Counted from the whole stretch's first letter, positions 1 through 8,722 are shown. The stretch is 61,519 nucleotides of DNA, filler included, from Coriobacteriales bacterium (GCA_031263105.1; 7 parts of 7 records of this genome joined end to end with filler, not necessarily neighbours in it), one strand, 5' to 3'. The notes: a model not told the origin generated them from the letters alone. Made by a program: numbers and translations.

Positions 1-140
<140 letters not shown>

Positions 141-292
141 AAGACAGCCCGAAGGCTGTTGAATGCAGAGATTCGATCTTGCTCTTCATTTTTGTCTCGA
201 TGCCGTACCCTTCAGGGGGCCGATACATCTTGACGGGTTTCTCATTTGGCTTATAAAGCAAATACTTGCTTTACTGTCTTGTCTCAGTATCC

Positions 293-307
293 AGTTTTCA
301 AAGTGCA
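293..307 (-). promoter_or_regulatory. rRNA leader boxA-like antitermination / processing-stem sequence
   Basis: TGCACTTTGAAAACT on the minus strand, between the rRNA promoter and the 16S start. Confidence 0.6.
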
Positions 308-404
308 AAACCTCTCAGCAAAAAAGAAGTCGGACAGAAACCCGTCCGATTTCCTTTGATGTCTTGCGCTTTCCACTTACCGGGTGCGCAAGACGCAAGG
401 AAGT

Positions 405-433
405 ATATTATCCGCGTCGGTCGTCGATGTCAA
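405..433 (-). promoter_or_regulatory. sigma70-type rRNA promoter
   Basis: TTGACA (433-428), 17-nt spacer, TAATAT (410-405), pointing into the 16S leader. Confidence 0.75.
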
Positions 434-591
434 TAAGAATCTTAGAGAAAATTCGTCGAGCCTGTGGACGGTTCCAGACTGCCTTGCAGATTTCCCCTCC
501 CTTTTGAGGGGGATCGTTTATATTACCGCAAACCATCGCATCCGACAATGGGATTTTCCGGATTTCTTGGATTTCTGGGAGCAATGCTTGA

Positions 592-1038
592 GTTACTGGT
601 CACACCCCCACTGTTGGAATCTTTGGGTACGAGCGCCCGGGAAACAGTCCAGCGGACTGTTTCCAGCGAGGACGGCGCGACAGTCCGGCGGACTGGGAAA
701 CAGCGCGGTGCGCTGTTTCCGGGCGAAGCTGCGAAGCAGCGTATGAGCCCCTGAGCGTATGAGCCCTTAAGCGGGTGAGCCCATGGAACCGACAGGCCCA
801 CGGAACGCGAAGCGAGCAACGGTAGGTCGAAAGATCCTTCGACCTACGGTCGACCGCTGGCGCGGTCGAAGATTCCGCGGCAGGCTAGGACTGACAGTGG
901 GGTGTCCGGGGAGGGTGCGAGCGGGAACATGGTTGGTGCATCACGCCGAGACCCGAACTTTCACAGCTCGCTCCCACCTGCCTCCTACGGGAAGGACTGT
1001 GAGACAGTGGGGTGTCCGTGGAGGGTGCGACCGGTAAC
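592..1038. mobile_element. GTTAC/GTAAC palindromic MITE-like element, long variant (copy E1)
   Basis: Starts GTTACTGGTCACACCCCCACTG and ends GGTGCGACCGGTAAC. ATGCTTGA occurs at 584-591 and 1039-1046 (and again at 1149-1156). The interior matches 52965-53320 in reverse orientation. Confidence 0.8.
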
Positions 1039-1222
1039 ATGCTTGATGCATCACGACGAGACACGAAATGTCATTGCTCGAACCCCAATGAGTCCTCCGG
1101 GAAGGCCTGTGCGACAGTGGGGTGTCCGTGGAGGGTGCGACCGGTAACATGCTTGATGCATCACGACGAGACACGAAATGTCATTGCTCGAACCCCAATG
1201 AGTCCTCCGGGAAGGCCTGTGC
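893..1222. repeat. 110-bp tandem repeat x3 (element right end plus flanking gene 3' end)
   Basis: GACAGTGG recurs at 893, 1003 and 1113. Units 2 and 3 are identical; unit 1 is degenerate. Confidence 0.9.
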
Positions 1223-1540
1223 GCCGGTCAAGTCGTAGCCCACTTCGTCTGAATAGTATTTGAGGATAGGTGTGGCAAGTCTGAGAATCTGCCCGTTGGA
1301 GGCCTCTTCGCCGTCTCCCACAGTCTGACCCCATTCCTTGCCCCACTCATCGAACAGCGCCGGATCAAACGAGCCGAAGCAGTCCCGCCCGCTCTCGTCC
1401 CTGTATGCCTCGGGGGCCATGTCTGCCAGAACCAGCCCTACGTAGGGATTCTCGGTTCCTTCATAATATTTGACCAGCTCATCGTGCACCAAGACGAATG
1501 CGCCCTGCTTGTCCAACATAGCTTCACTTCTCCGTTTCAT
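1181..1540 (-). CDS. hypothetical acidic protein, possibly a polymorphic-toxin immunity protein
   Basis: 119-aa ORF (likely start MLDKQ) with a DPALFDEW motif, directly downstream of a toxin-like fragment. Confidence 0.55.
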   Translation of the reverse strand: MKRRSEAMLDKQGAFVLVHDELVKYYEGTENPYVGLVLADMAPEAYRDESGRDCFGSFDPALFDEWGKEWGQTVGDGEEASNGQILRLATPILKYYSDEVGYDLTGAQAFPEDSLGFEQ

Positions 1541-1620
1541 CTGGGGACAGAGTTGATGCCCCCGTTTTGTATGATGCCGTTCAATACCTCAACCCATACC
1601 TGCCTGCCGTCAGGCTGAAT
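1537..1620 (-). pseudogene. remnant resembling a polymorphic toxin C-terminal tip
   Basis: Translates IQPDGRQVWVEVLNGIIQNGGINSVPR*. The frame is closed by a TAG at 1782-1780 and has no ATG start. The family resemblance is from memory. Confidence 0.4.
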
Positions 1621-1812
1621 CGCCCTGGGTGACTGGAGAGTTATGCTTCCGGTAGACAGCAAGGCGGCGGTGCGGCAGTCTTCGCGCCGCCTGGCGTCAA
1701 CCTCTCCGTCGTCGATGAAATGACGGAGCCTGATGTCTTCGAGATACTCGGCATAGACGCGAAGCGAATGCCGTGACCGCTAGCGGGTGATAGTGTTAAC
1801 AATGGGGCAGGG

Positions 1813-2133
1813 TCAGGCCGTCTTTTTGGGCTGCATTAATTCCCGTCTTGTCGCCAACTGCGCAAGACCTGTTTCCATCCTCACTATAAAACGGGCGGCA
1901 TACGGGTCGGCATTTTTCCTAATCTCACCGATAAGGCCACCTATCTCATCTAGTATCTCCTCCGGCAGGTCGGCCCTCAGTGCGCCCAGGTCATGGATTG
2001 CCCCGTCGGCCGCAGCAACATATTCGCCTGCATCGTACTCATCTCTTACATCGCCTGACTGCCAGAGCAAGAAGGGCATCATGCCCTCCACCAGAGCTTT
2101 TGCCTGCTTCTCTGTTTTTGATAATTTGTTCAT
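1813..2133 (-). CDS. hypothetical protein (helical, possibly immunity-like)
   Basis: 106-aa ORF with RBS AGGAGTG upstream of the ATG. Confidence 0.6.
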   Translation of the reverse strand: MNKLSKTEKQAKALVEGMMPFLLWQSGDVRDEYDAGEYVAAADGAIHDLGALRADLPEEILDEIGGLIGEIRKNADPYAARFIVRMETGLAQLATRRELMQPKKTA

Positions 2134-2225
2134 TCGATCACTCCTGTCTCAGGACAGGGTACGCTGAGTGAAAGACAGGCACTCCGTCTTGATAAATAGA
2201 CGGCGAAAGGCGACAGAAACGTCAC

Positions 2226-2489
2226 TTAATCGGCGGCTCTCTTTGCATGACCAGCAACAATGGCCGTGCGAAGCTCTTCTCCCCGACGGCAGCGCGGCGT
2301 TGAGAGGTTGCAGCCACGGCGGCATAGCCCGCACGGTTGCGCCTGAAGGGCCTGATGCAGCTCTGGGCTCACCGGCACGGTTGCCGCAACGGCGCATCTT
2401 CTTCTCTGCTCCGCACATAATCGTACCAAGGCAAAGGCGATGCCGCCCAGTATCAACGTCCCCCACGCGTGGCCTGCGATCTCCTGCAT
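2226..2489 (-). CDS. small membrane-anchored Cys-rich protein
   Basis: ATG at 2489 after GAGGTGA, an N-terminal hydrophobic helix, and CGLCRRGCNLSTPRC. Confidence 0.55.
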   Translation of the reverse strand: MQEIAGHAWGTLILGGIAFALVRLCAEQRRRCAVAATVPVSPELHQALQAQPCGLCRRGCNLSTPRCRRGEELRTAIVAGHAKRAAD

Positions 2490-2493
2490 CTCG

Positions 2494-2991
2494 TCACCTC
2501 TCACTCTTCTTGCCGCACGGCTTTTCGGTGCCTTCGCTACCGTCTGTCTGAATGGGCGGGCCGGACACATCTGTCAAGAAACGCAGAATCGCCGCCTGCT
2601 CGGACTCCGAGTAGCGCTCGAAGAAAGACTGCCATTCGACCCTGACCTTCTCGTGCACTCGCTGGTGTTCCTCGAAGAGCGCCCTGCCGTCCTTGGTCAG
2701 CCGATAGTAGATCTCTTTTCTGTTGCCTGTGCCTTGAAAGCTCTCGACCAAGGCCCTGCCTATCAGCTTCTTGCATACCTTGCTCACCGCTCCACGCGTC
2801 AGCCTCAGCGCCTCTGCCACCTTGGTCACGTTTGGCCACTCGAGGCTGCCGATACGATCCAAGCAGTGTATCTCCGTCAGGCTCATGCCCTCCAAGATGC
2901 CCTCGTGCCCATAGTGGGGCATGTCCGAGCGCTCCTGCATTGCAACGACGATATCCAAGCACCTTGAAGCCGTGTCCATCAGTCCTACCAT
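2494..2991 (-). CDS. MarR family transcriptional regulator
   Basis: SLTEIHCL...NVTKVAEALRLTRGAVSKVCKKL...NRKEIYYRLTKDG winged helix. Confidence 0.92.
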   Translation of the reverse strand: MVGLMDTASRCLDIVVAMQERSDMPHYGHEGILEGMSLTEIHCLDRIGSLEWPNVTKVAEALRLTRGAVSKVCKKLIGRALVESFQGTGNRKEIYYRLTKDGRALFEEHQRVHEKVRVEWQSFFERYSESEQAAILRFLTDVSGPPIQTDGSEGTEKPCGKKSER

Positions 2992-3051
2992 TTTGTTGCC
3001 AAGGAAACAGTATTGTCATTGTAGGCCTGATTTGTTTCCATGTCAACAAAA
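2991..3051 (-). promoter_or_regulatory. MarR gene promoter with two palindromic operators
   Basis: TTGACA (3046-3041), 17 nt, TACAAT (3023-3018). Boxes TTTTGTTGCCAAGGAAACA (2991-3009) and TGTTTCCATGTCAACAAAA (3033-3051) are 17/19 inverted copies, each TGTT-N8-AACA. Confidence 0.75.
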
Positions 3052-3085
3052 ATTATGGCACGGAGTGCGGCGTACCTCGGTTTCA

Positions 3086-3248
3086 GTTACTGTTCACACC
3101 CCACTGTCATCCCGAGCCTGTCGAGGGATCCTCGGCCGCGCAAGCGGTCGACCGCAGGTCGAAGGGCCCCCTGACCTGCCGTTGGACACTGCGTGTCCAA
3201 AGATTCCTCGGCGGGGCTCGGAATGACAGTGGGGGTGTGAACTGTAGC
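3086..3248. mobile_element. MITE-like element copy E2 (163 bp)
   Basis: GTTAC...GTAGC ends, long terminal inverted repeat, direct repeat CGGTTTCA at 3078-3085 and 3249-3256. Confidence 0.9.
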
Positions 3249-4266
3249 CGGTTTCATTATTGGTCGCACCCTCCACGGACACTTTTGTCAATGGAAGTGA
3301 CCGGAGAAGACTTACCAGCTCAGCAGTAGTTAGGGACTGCTTGGCTTCAAATTCGATACACAGGCTTGGGTCTGTCTCATATAGGTCAATGATATCGTTG
3401 TAACAACCGACAATTTCGGCGATTGTCATGTTCCTGGCGCTCCCGTCGAACAGGCTGTGTTCGCTAATATTCGTTGAAAGGAACTGCTGGATATCCCACA
3501 CCTCAACCCTACCGCCTAGCCCTACATCGGAAGCTAGGTCGAGTGCAGTTCTCACCCTGTCGAAGATAGTGATGATTACTGGCAGGCAATCAGCCTGTAT
3601 GTTCGACCTGCACTTTTGAATCAGCGGTTCACCGGGAGCAGTTGTGCAATGGATGATCGTGCTGCCAAGTACAAAGTCTCCGCTGCGATCAGTAGGAGAA
3701 TCGGCGACGGAGGCCCCATGAATACCGAACGTCTCTGCTGGCATGATTAGTGCCAACTTGGCCCCAACGAGGTGTTGGAGCACGGTGCCAAGGTATTGTG
3801 TTCCAGGGTTTTGCTTCTGCCGCTTTCGTGCCTGGTCGAACAAGTCGTCAAGACTGGCAGCGACCGTTTTGGAGGCATCAGCGGATAAGACGAACGGTTG
3901 GTTTCTGAAATACTGGCGAACTTGCTCAGCCCAGAAATCTTCAGCATCATCCAAGTCTATACCGCCACCTGCATCCCAATCATTGAGAAAGGACACGTAC
4001 TCCTGCATCAAGCCTATGTTGCCACGACTCGTGCGCCCTCCCTCTGAGGCCAGTATCTGCACTATGCTGTGATCGGCCAGTATTTTCTTCAAGTTGCTGC
4101 CGCCTAAGCCTGCCACCTGACCTTTGCTCTCTGTCAAGAAATCGTCTTTGTCCAAGGGGAAACTCTTGGCCTTCGCCATCCTGGACAACTGAACCAGCAA
4201 CGCAAGCGGGCCCTTCGTGTAGGCGTTGTGCTGTTTTTTGAAAACCATCAAGACGCTTTTTGGCAT
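3094..4266 (-). CDS. DUF4928-like protein (putative restriction endonuclease partner of the C5 MTase) with an element-derived C-terminal extension
   Basis: EGGRTSRG, LQHLVGAKL, ADSPTDRSGDF and IHCTTAPGE motifs. Overlaps the MTase stop and reads through E2 to a TGA inside the element. Confidence 0.75.
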   Translation of the reverse strand: MPKSVLMVFKKQHNAYTKGPLALLVQLSRMAKAKSFPLDKDDFLTESKGQVAGLGGSNLKKILADHSIVQILASEGGRTSRGNIGLMQEYVSFLNDWDAGGGIDLDDAEDFWAEQVRQYFRNQPFVLSADASKTVAASLDDLFDQARKRQKQNPGTQYLGTVLQHLVGAKLALIMPAETFGIHGASVADSPTDRSGDFVLGSTIIHCTTAPGEPLIQKCRSNIQADCLPVIITIFDRVRTALDLASDVGLGGRVEVWDIQQFLSTNISEHSLFDGSARNMTIAEIVGCYNDIIDLYETDPSLCIEFEAKQSLTTAELVSLLRSLPLTKVSVEGATNNETGYSSHPHCHSEPRRGIFGHAVSNGRSGGPSTCGRPLARPRIPRQARDDSGV

Positions 4267-5363
4267 TGCCTGCCATACGCAGCCTCCGCTAGTCGAAGTA
4301 AAAACGATTCGCCTACAAAACTGGCAACAGGTTTCGCCACGGCATCTCCCATGGCCTTGTAGCCGTCGTTATACGTATCAGGCAAGGCATAGCTGTCCGG
4401 GGTACCCATCAGGCGGGCTGTCTCCCTAGGTGACAGCAACCGGGCATGAGTCTCTCCGTTTCCCTTGACAATCAGGAACTGCTTGCTGCTTCCGCCTTCT
4501 GGGGTGCGGAGGCAGCCCGCAACGTCATCGAATCTAAGTTCTAGACAGACGCTGCCGTTTCTGGTACGACGATATCCCGTTGCGATGACACTGTCCGCCA
4601 CGTCGATTACCTTCTTATGTTGCGGAGGTATCAGGGCTATGGCCTCGTCTTTGTCATATGGCTCTGTCAGATCAACGATATCCCTCAGCCTCTCCCTGCG
4701 CTTCGGCGGTCTATGTGCCTGCCACCATATCCAGCCAGGAAGCCTGTTCCCAAGACTGGCCGCCGCCTTGTTGTGCAACCAGTTCGGACCGCAGTTCGTC
4801 AAATCCTCCGGAATGTCGACACTTGAGTCAACGGCTATCACGAACACCCTCGGCCTGGATTGCGGCACAAACAGCAAGGCATCGAGCACCACGGCTCCGC
4901 TTCGATAGCCAATGTCTAGCAAAGACTGGTGAAGCCTAGTGTAGTTCTCGCCCTTATTTGAGGTCAACAGCCCTACGACATTCTCTATCACCAGTATCTT
5001 GGGCTTCTTGGGCATCTCCTCAACTATCCTCAGCCATTCCCAGACCAAGCCGCTGCGCTGGGCATCTATGCCGCCCATTGAGCCTGCCAATGACAAGTCC
5101 TGACAGGGGAAGCTCGCCCAAGAAAGGTGAGCGTAGGGAAGAGATGTGCCGCAGACGTTCTTTATGTCGCCAAGAAAGAAGTGGTCACCAGCAAAATTCG
5201 CATTGTAGACCGCTACCTTCTTCTCGCATATGTCGTTTGACCAGATTGGGCGAAACATGCCTTTCAGGCCATAAGCAACAAGTCCGCTGCCCGCAAAGAA
5301 CTCGTGCATGTCCCAAGGGGCATCGGCCAAATCCACTTTTTCATGTTCGCGTTTTTGAGTCAA
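4248..5363 (-). CDS. DNA (cytosine-5) methyltransferase
   Basis: Motif I EFFAGSG, IV FPCQDLS, VI ENV, VIII PQSRPR, IX/X RETARLMG...GDAV. Confidence 0.96.
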   Translation of the reverse strand: MTQKREHEKVDLADAPWDMHEFFAGSGLVAYGLKGMFRPIWSNDICEKKVAVYNANFAGDHFFLGDIKNVCGTSLPYAHLSWASFPCQDLSLAGSMGGIDAQRSGLVWEWLRIVEEMPKKPKILVIENVVGLLTSNKGENYTRLHQSLLDIGYRSGAVVLDALLFVPQSRPRVFVIAVDSSVDIPEDLTNCGPNWLHNKAAASLGNRLPGWIWWQAHRPPKRRERLRDIVDLTEPYDKDEAIALIPPQHKKVIDVADSVIATGYRRTRNGSVCLELRFDDVAGCLRTPEGGSSKQFLIVKGNGETHARLLSPRETARLMGTPDSYALPDTYNDGYKAMGDAVAKPVASFVGESFLLRLAEAAYGRQCQKAS

Positions 5364-5656
5364 TCGACATTCCTCGCTTTTGGAAATGGTTACTCTATAA
5401 GTTTACCACTCAAGATTACCGTTGCCTTCAGTGCGGGAATCACAACTTGGTTTCACGACTTGATTTTCGCTGCCTTTTTCGGTGTACTCGACTCCCTGAA
5501 GGCCATCCAGAGCAAACACGCCCGGAATCTGAACGGATCCTTACCGGATCCTGAACCGAATCTGAATCAAAGAGGAATCTTTGCTGTGGCAGCGGTCGAC
5601 CTCGCCAGGGGGATGCGCGAGGGTGGGGCCGCCTACCCTGGAGCAGGGACGGACAG

Positions 5657-6934
5657 TTAAGCGGGCTGCTGCAGAGCCGCCTGCTCGGGGGCGGGGGCGA
5701 ACTGGGACATCTGGCGGCTGGTGGCGGTCTTGCCGTAGCGGACGGCGGTTATCTCTGAAAGTATCGCGAGCGCCATCTCTGCGGGGGCACGGCCACCGAG
5801 ATCGAGGCCTATGGGGCCGAAGACGCGGGCGAGCTGCCGGTGGGAAAGGCCGCGCTTCCTGAGCTGGCGGTAGCGTTGCGCCTGGGTGGTCGGCCGACCG
5901 AGGGAGCCTATATAGAAGCACTCGGAGGCAAGCGCCAGCTCGAGCGCGGGGACGTCGATCTTCGCGTCGTGCGTCATGACGCAGACGGCGGTCTGCGCGT
6001 CGAGGGGGATAGAGGCGAAGGCCTCCTGCGGCCAGGCGTGGACGAGCCCGTCGACGTGACCGAAGCGCTCCACCGTGGAAAAGATGCCCCGAGGGTCGAT
6101 GATCGTGGTGCGGTAGCCCATCGCCTGGGCCATCTGTGTGAGGGTTATCGCGGCATGCACCCCGCCGACGCAGACGAGATGGGGGCGGCGGCGGTACCTC
6201 GCGAACGAGAAGCGGTGGCAGCCTCCTTCACAAGGAAGCTCAAGGAAGCCGTCGGTCTGGACGGAGGGGACGGCGCACACGGCGTCAAGGCATGCGGCCA
6301 CGAGCCCTTCGGATCCCGCAGGCCCTGTGCGGGACGAGAAGAGGGAAGCGGGGTCGTCGGCCCGTCCGCCCCTCACGGGCCCCGCACAGGACGGGGCGAA
6401 CAGGAGGCTCCCGTCTGCGGAGACGAGCAGGGTGGCACCGAGGGGGATGCCCTGGGCGCCGTCGCCATCCGGAGCCAACGGGGCGGCGTCCGGGGCGGCG
6501 TCTCCAAGGGCGTCCGGAGCGGCACTCCCCTCCTCCTCCCCCTCGGGGCGAAAGCCCAGGGAGAGAAGGCGGAGGTACTCCCGGTCGTCGCGGAGAGCGT
6601 TCCGTTCGGCCTCATAGGCCTGCGCATCGAGGGGGCGCAGCAGCACCTCGACCGTCCCGCCGCAGGAGAGCCCTGCCTGCCAGGCGGAAGGGTCCGTGGC
6701 CGTGAAGGACATCAGCTCGGGCCTGCCGCTGGCAAGCACCTCCAATGCCCCTCGGACGACCGCGCCCTCTATGCAGCCGCCCGAGACCGAGCCGGCCATG
6801 CTCCCATCCCGCGCGATCGCAAGGGTTGCCCCCACGGGTCGTGGGGACGAGCCCCAGGTGCGGGTCACGCTCGCCAGAGAGACGCCTTGCCCTTGGGAGA
6901 GCCACGCGTCCACCGAGTCCATGATATCCCTCAT
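5657..6934 (-). CDS. xdhC: XdhC/CoxI family molybdenum cofactor chaperone
   Basis: TWGSSPRPVGA, GSVSGGCIE, GLSCGG, MTHDAKID, YIGSLG, PIGLDLG. Confidence 0.93.
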   Translation of the reverse strand: MRDIMDSVDAWLSQGQGVSLASVTRTWGSSPRPVGATLAIARDGSMAGSVSGGCIEGAVVRGALEVLASGRPELMSFTATDPSAWQAGLSCGGTVEVLLRPLDAQAYEAERNALRDDREYLRLLSLGFRPEGEEEGSAAPDALGDAAPDAAPLAPDGDGAQGIPLGATLLVSADGSLLFAPSCAGPVRGGRADDPASLFSSRTGPAGSEGLVAACLDAVCAVPSVQTDGFLELPCEGGCHRFSFARYRRRPHLVCVGGVHAAITLTQMAQAMGYRTTIIDPRGIFSTVERFGHVDGLVHAWPQEAFASIPLDAQTAVCVMTHDAKIDVPALELALASECFYIGSLGRPTTQAQRYRQLRKRGLSHRQLARVFGPIGLDLGGRAPAEMALAILSEITAVRYGKTATSRQMSQFAPAPEQAALQQPA

Positions 6935-6961
6935 GGATGCCTCCTATCGACAGCGTCCGCC

Positions 6962-7351
6962 CTACTTCCCGGGCTCCCGGACCTCGCGCGGCTCGATGAG
7001 GGGGTCGGTGAGAGGCTCCAGGTTCTGGGAGACCGCCGCGCCGGAGTTGGAGCCTCCCGAGATGCGGTCCTGCTGCAGCGCCTCCTCCTCGCTGCCCTCT
7101 ATGCCTGCGCCGCCGCCGCCCTCGGCCGACATGTCCGGCCCGGTGATCGTGGGAAGCTCCCCTTGGATCACCGTCACGTTGGGGTTGGACTCATGCTCCG
7201 TCGCCTTGGCGGCCGGCTGCTTGGGAGAGCACGCACCCAGAAGAAGCGCACAGGCGAGGACGAGGGCGGCAAGGGAAGTGCCGACCGCTCGCCTGCACGC
7301 CAGATGGCGAGCGGCCTTGCCGCTGTTGGCGGTACCGTTAGCTTGACACAT
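6962..7351 (-). CDS. putative lipoprotein (in frame with the upstream ORF)
   Basis: AAGGAG RBS before the ATG at 7351, basic n-region, hydrophobic stretch, lipobox LLLGAC, acidic tail. Confidence 0.55.
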   Translation of the reverse strand: MCQANGTANSGKAARHLACRRAVGTSLAALVLACALLLGACSPKQPAAKATEHESNPNVTVIQGELPTITGPDMSAEGGGGAGIEGSEEEALQQDRISGGSNSGAAVSQNLEPLTDPLIEPREVREPGK

Positions 7352-8710
7352 GACTGACTCCTTTTTGTCTGAGGGGATGCGGGCCGCCGTGTGCGGGCCG
7401 CCGCCCTTGGCGTTCATGCCGCCGAGGCGGTTTCCGGGATGCCTGCCCGGGCAGGGGCCCCTCCCCCCGCGCAGGGCCTCGACGACGGTGCGCAGGGCCT
7501 CGGGGGGCCCGGGGGCCGCAGAGGGCCCGGAGGCATCGGAGGACCCGACGCATCCCTCGTCCAAGGCGAGGAAGGTCACCGAGGGGAGATGTGCGATTCT
7601 CTCCCCGTCCTCGTCGAACCAGCCCTCGGTGCGGGAGCCTGCGGGGAGCAGGACGAAGTAGCCGCACTCAGGGCGCAGCGTGACCGCCCGGTTGCCGAGT
7701 GCGAGGCGGCAGGCGGGCATCTGAAGCGCCTCGGGCGAGGATGCCTCGACGACGACCGTGGGCGCGACGAGCCGCCCCGTGTCGCGGTCGGCGATGGTGG
7801 GGACGTCGTCTGCGGACGACAGCCGGTGGACCATCAGCACCCGATGCCCGATGAGGGGCTGCGAGTCGCCGGCGAGCGTGTTGTCGCGGCGGCGCAGGAT
7901 GGGCACGTCGTAGTAGCCCACCTCGGAGGCGAGCTCGAACTTGGTCGAGTACCACTGCCCGCCTCGCGCCCTTACGAGGGTGTCGGGAATCCTCCGTTGG
8001 ACGAAGGCCTGCTGCTGGCCCGGCTCCATCACCGTCGTCGCCGTGCCCGTCGGGCGCAGCGAGGCATCGAAGCCGACCTTGCGCACCTGCACGGGGTCGA
8101 GCATCCAGAGCAGCCGGTAGAAGAGGGAAAGCTCCGAGGCCGCACGGTGCAGGCCGTCCGCTGCCTCGTCGATGAGGGCGAGGAGGGGCGTGGGGAGGGC
8201 GTCGGCAGCGTCAAGGGCGTCGGGGCCACCGTCGTCCTGCGACGACCCTTCCTCCTGCAACAGGCCCATGAGCGGACCGTAGAGCCTGCCTGCGAGCGCC
8301 TGCGAGGGGCAGGAGAGGAAGGCCCTGAGGCTGTGCGGGAGGACCGTCTCCTCGATGCCCGCCTGCCTGCGGAAGCCCTCCTCGAGAAGGCGGAAGCCCT
8401 CGACAAGGCCCTCCGTCTCGGCGGCAAGGCCGGGGCGGGCCGCGCGCACCAAGGCCCGTGCGGCCTCGTCGAGCGCCGCATAGAAGCCGGGGCGCAGCTC
8501 GGCGGGCACGGAGATGCGCCTACGGTCGATCCGCAGCCGGGGATGTGCGGCGCAGAACGCCTTGAGGTCGCCCCAGGCACGGCGCCAGGCATCCGGCGAC
8601 GAGGCGACCACGCCGGACGCAGTGCCGAGTGCAAGGGCGGCCCCTCCTGCCACGCCGACCTCACCGAGAGCGGGCGCACCGGCCCTGCTGGGCACGTCGA
8701 TGGCCGTCAC
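6962..8710 (-). CDS. hypothetical protein in the molybdoenzyme operon (open frame runs into the lipoprotein)
   Basis: RBS GGAGG before the start at 8710, 12 bp after the FAD-subunit stop; no recognisable family. Confidence 0.6.
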   Translation of the reverse strand: MTAIDVPSRAGAPALGEVGVAGGAALALGTASGVVASSPDAWRRAWGDLKAFCAAHPRLRIDRRRISVPAELRPGFYAALDEAARALVRAARPGLAAETEGLVEGFRLLEEGFRRQAGIEETVLPHSLRAFLSCPSQALAGRLYGPLMGLLQEEGSSQDDGGPDALDAADALPTPLLALIDEAADGLHRAASELSLFYRLLWMLDPVQVRKVGFDASLRPTGTATTVMEPGQQQAFVQRRIPDTLVRARGGQWYSTKFELASEVGYYDVPILRRRDNTLAGDSQPLIGHRVLMVHRLSSADDVPTIADRDTGRLVAPTVVVEASSPEALQMPACRLALGNRAVTLRPECGYFVLLPAGSRTEGWFDEDGERIAHLPSVTFLALDEGCVGSSDASGPSAAPGPPEALRTVVEALRGGRGPCPGRHPGNRLGGMNAKGGGPHTAARIPSDKKESVMCQANGTANSGKAARHLACRRAVGTSLAALVLACALLLGACSPKQPAAKATEHESNPNVTVIQGELPTITGPDMSAEGGGGAGIEGSEEEALQQDRISGGSNSGAAVSQNLEPLTDPLIEPREVREPGK

Positions 8711-8722
8711 GACACCCTCCCC

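Noticed and set aside
163..1263. Short ORFs over the rRNA leader and E1, and recurring peptides such as TVIPS, LGMTVG, HPHCHSE and PAVDR elsewhere
   Set aside because: They are translations of non-coding leader or repeat DNA, not genes.
3086..3248. Elements as integron attC sites
   Set aside because: attC sites run RYYYAAC...GTTRRRY, the opposite order to GTT...AAC here. The copies also have TSDs, do not delimit a cassette array, and no integrase is present.
1122..3282. 21-bp inverted pair GTGTCCGTGGAGGGTGCGACC as the ends of a 2.1-kb transposon
   Set aside because: The motif is a variant end of the dispersed element. E1 and E2 each have their own TSD, and no duplication flanks the supposed larger unit.
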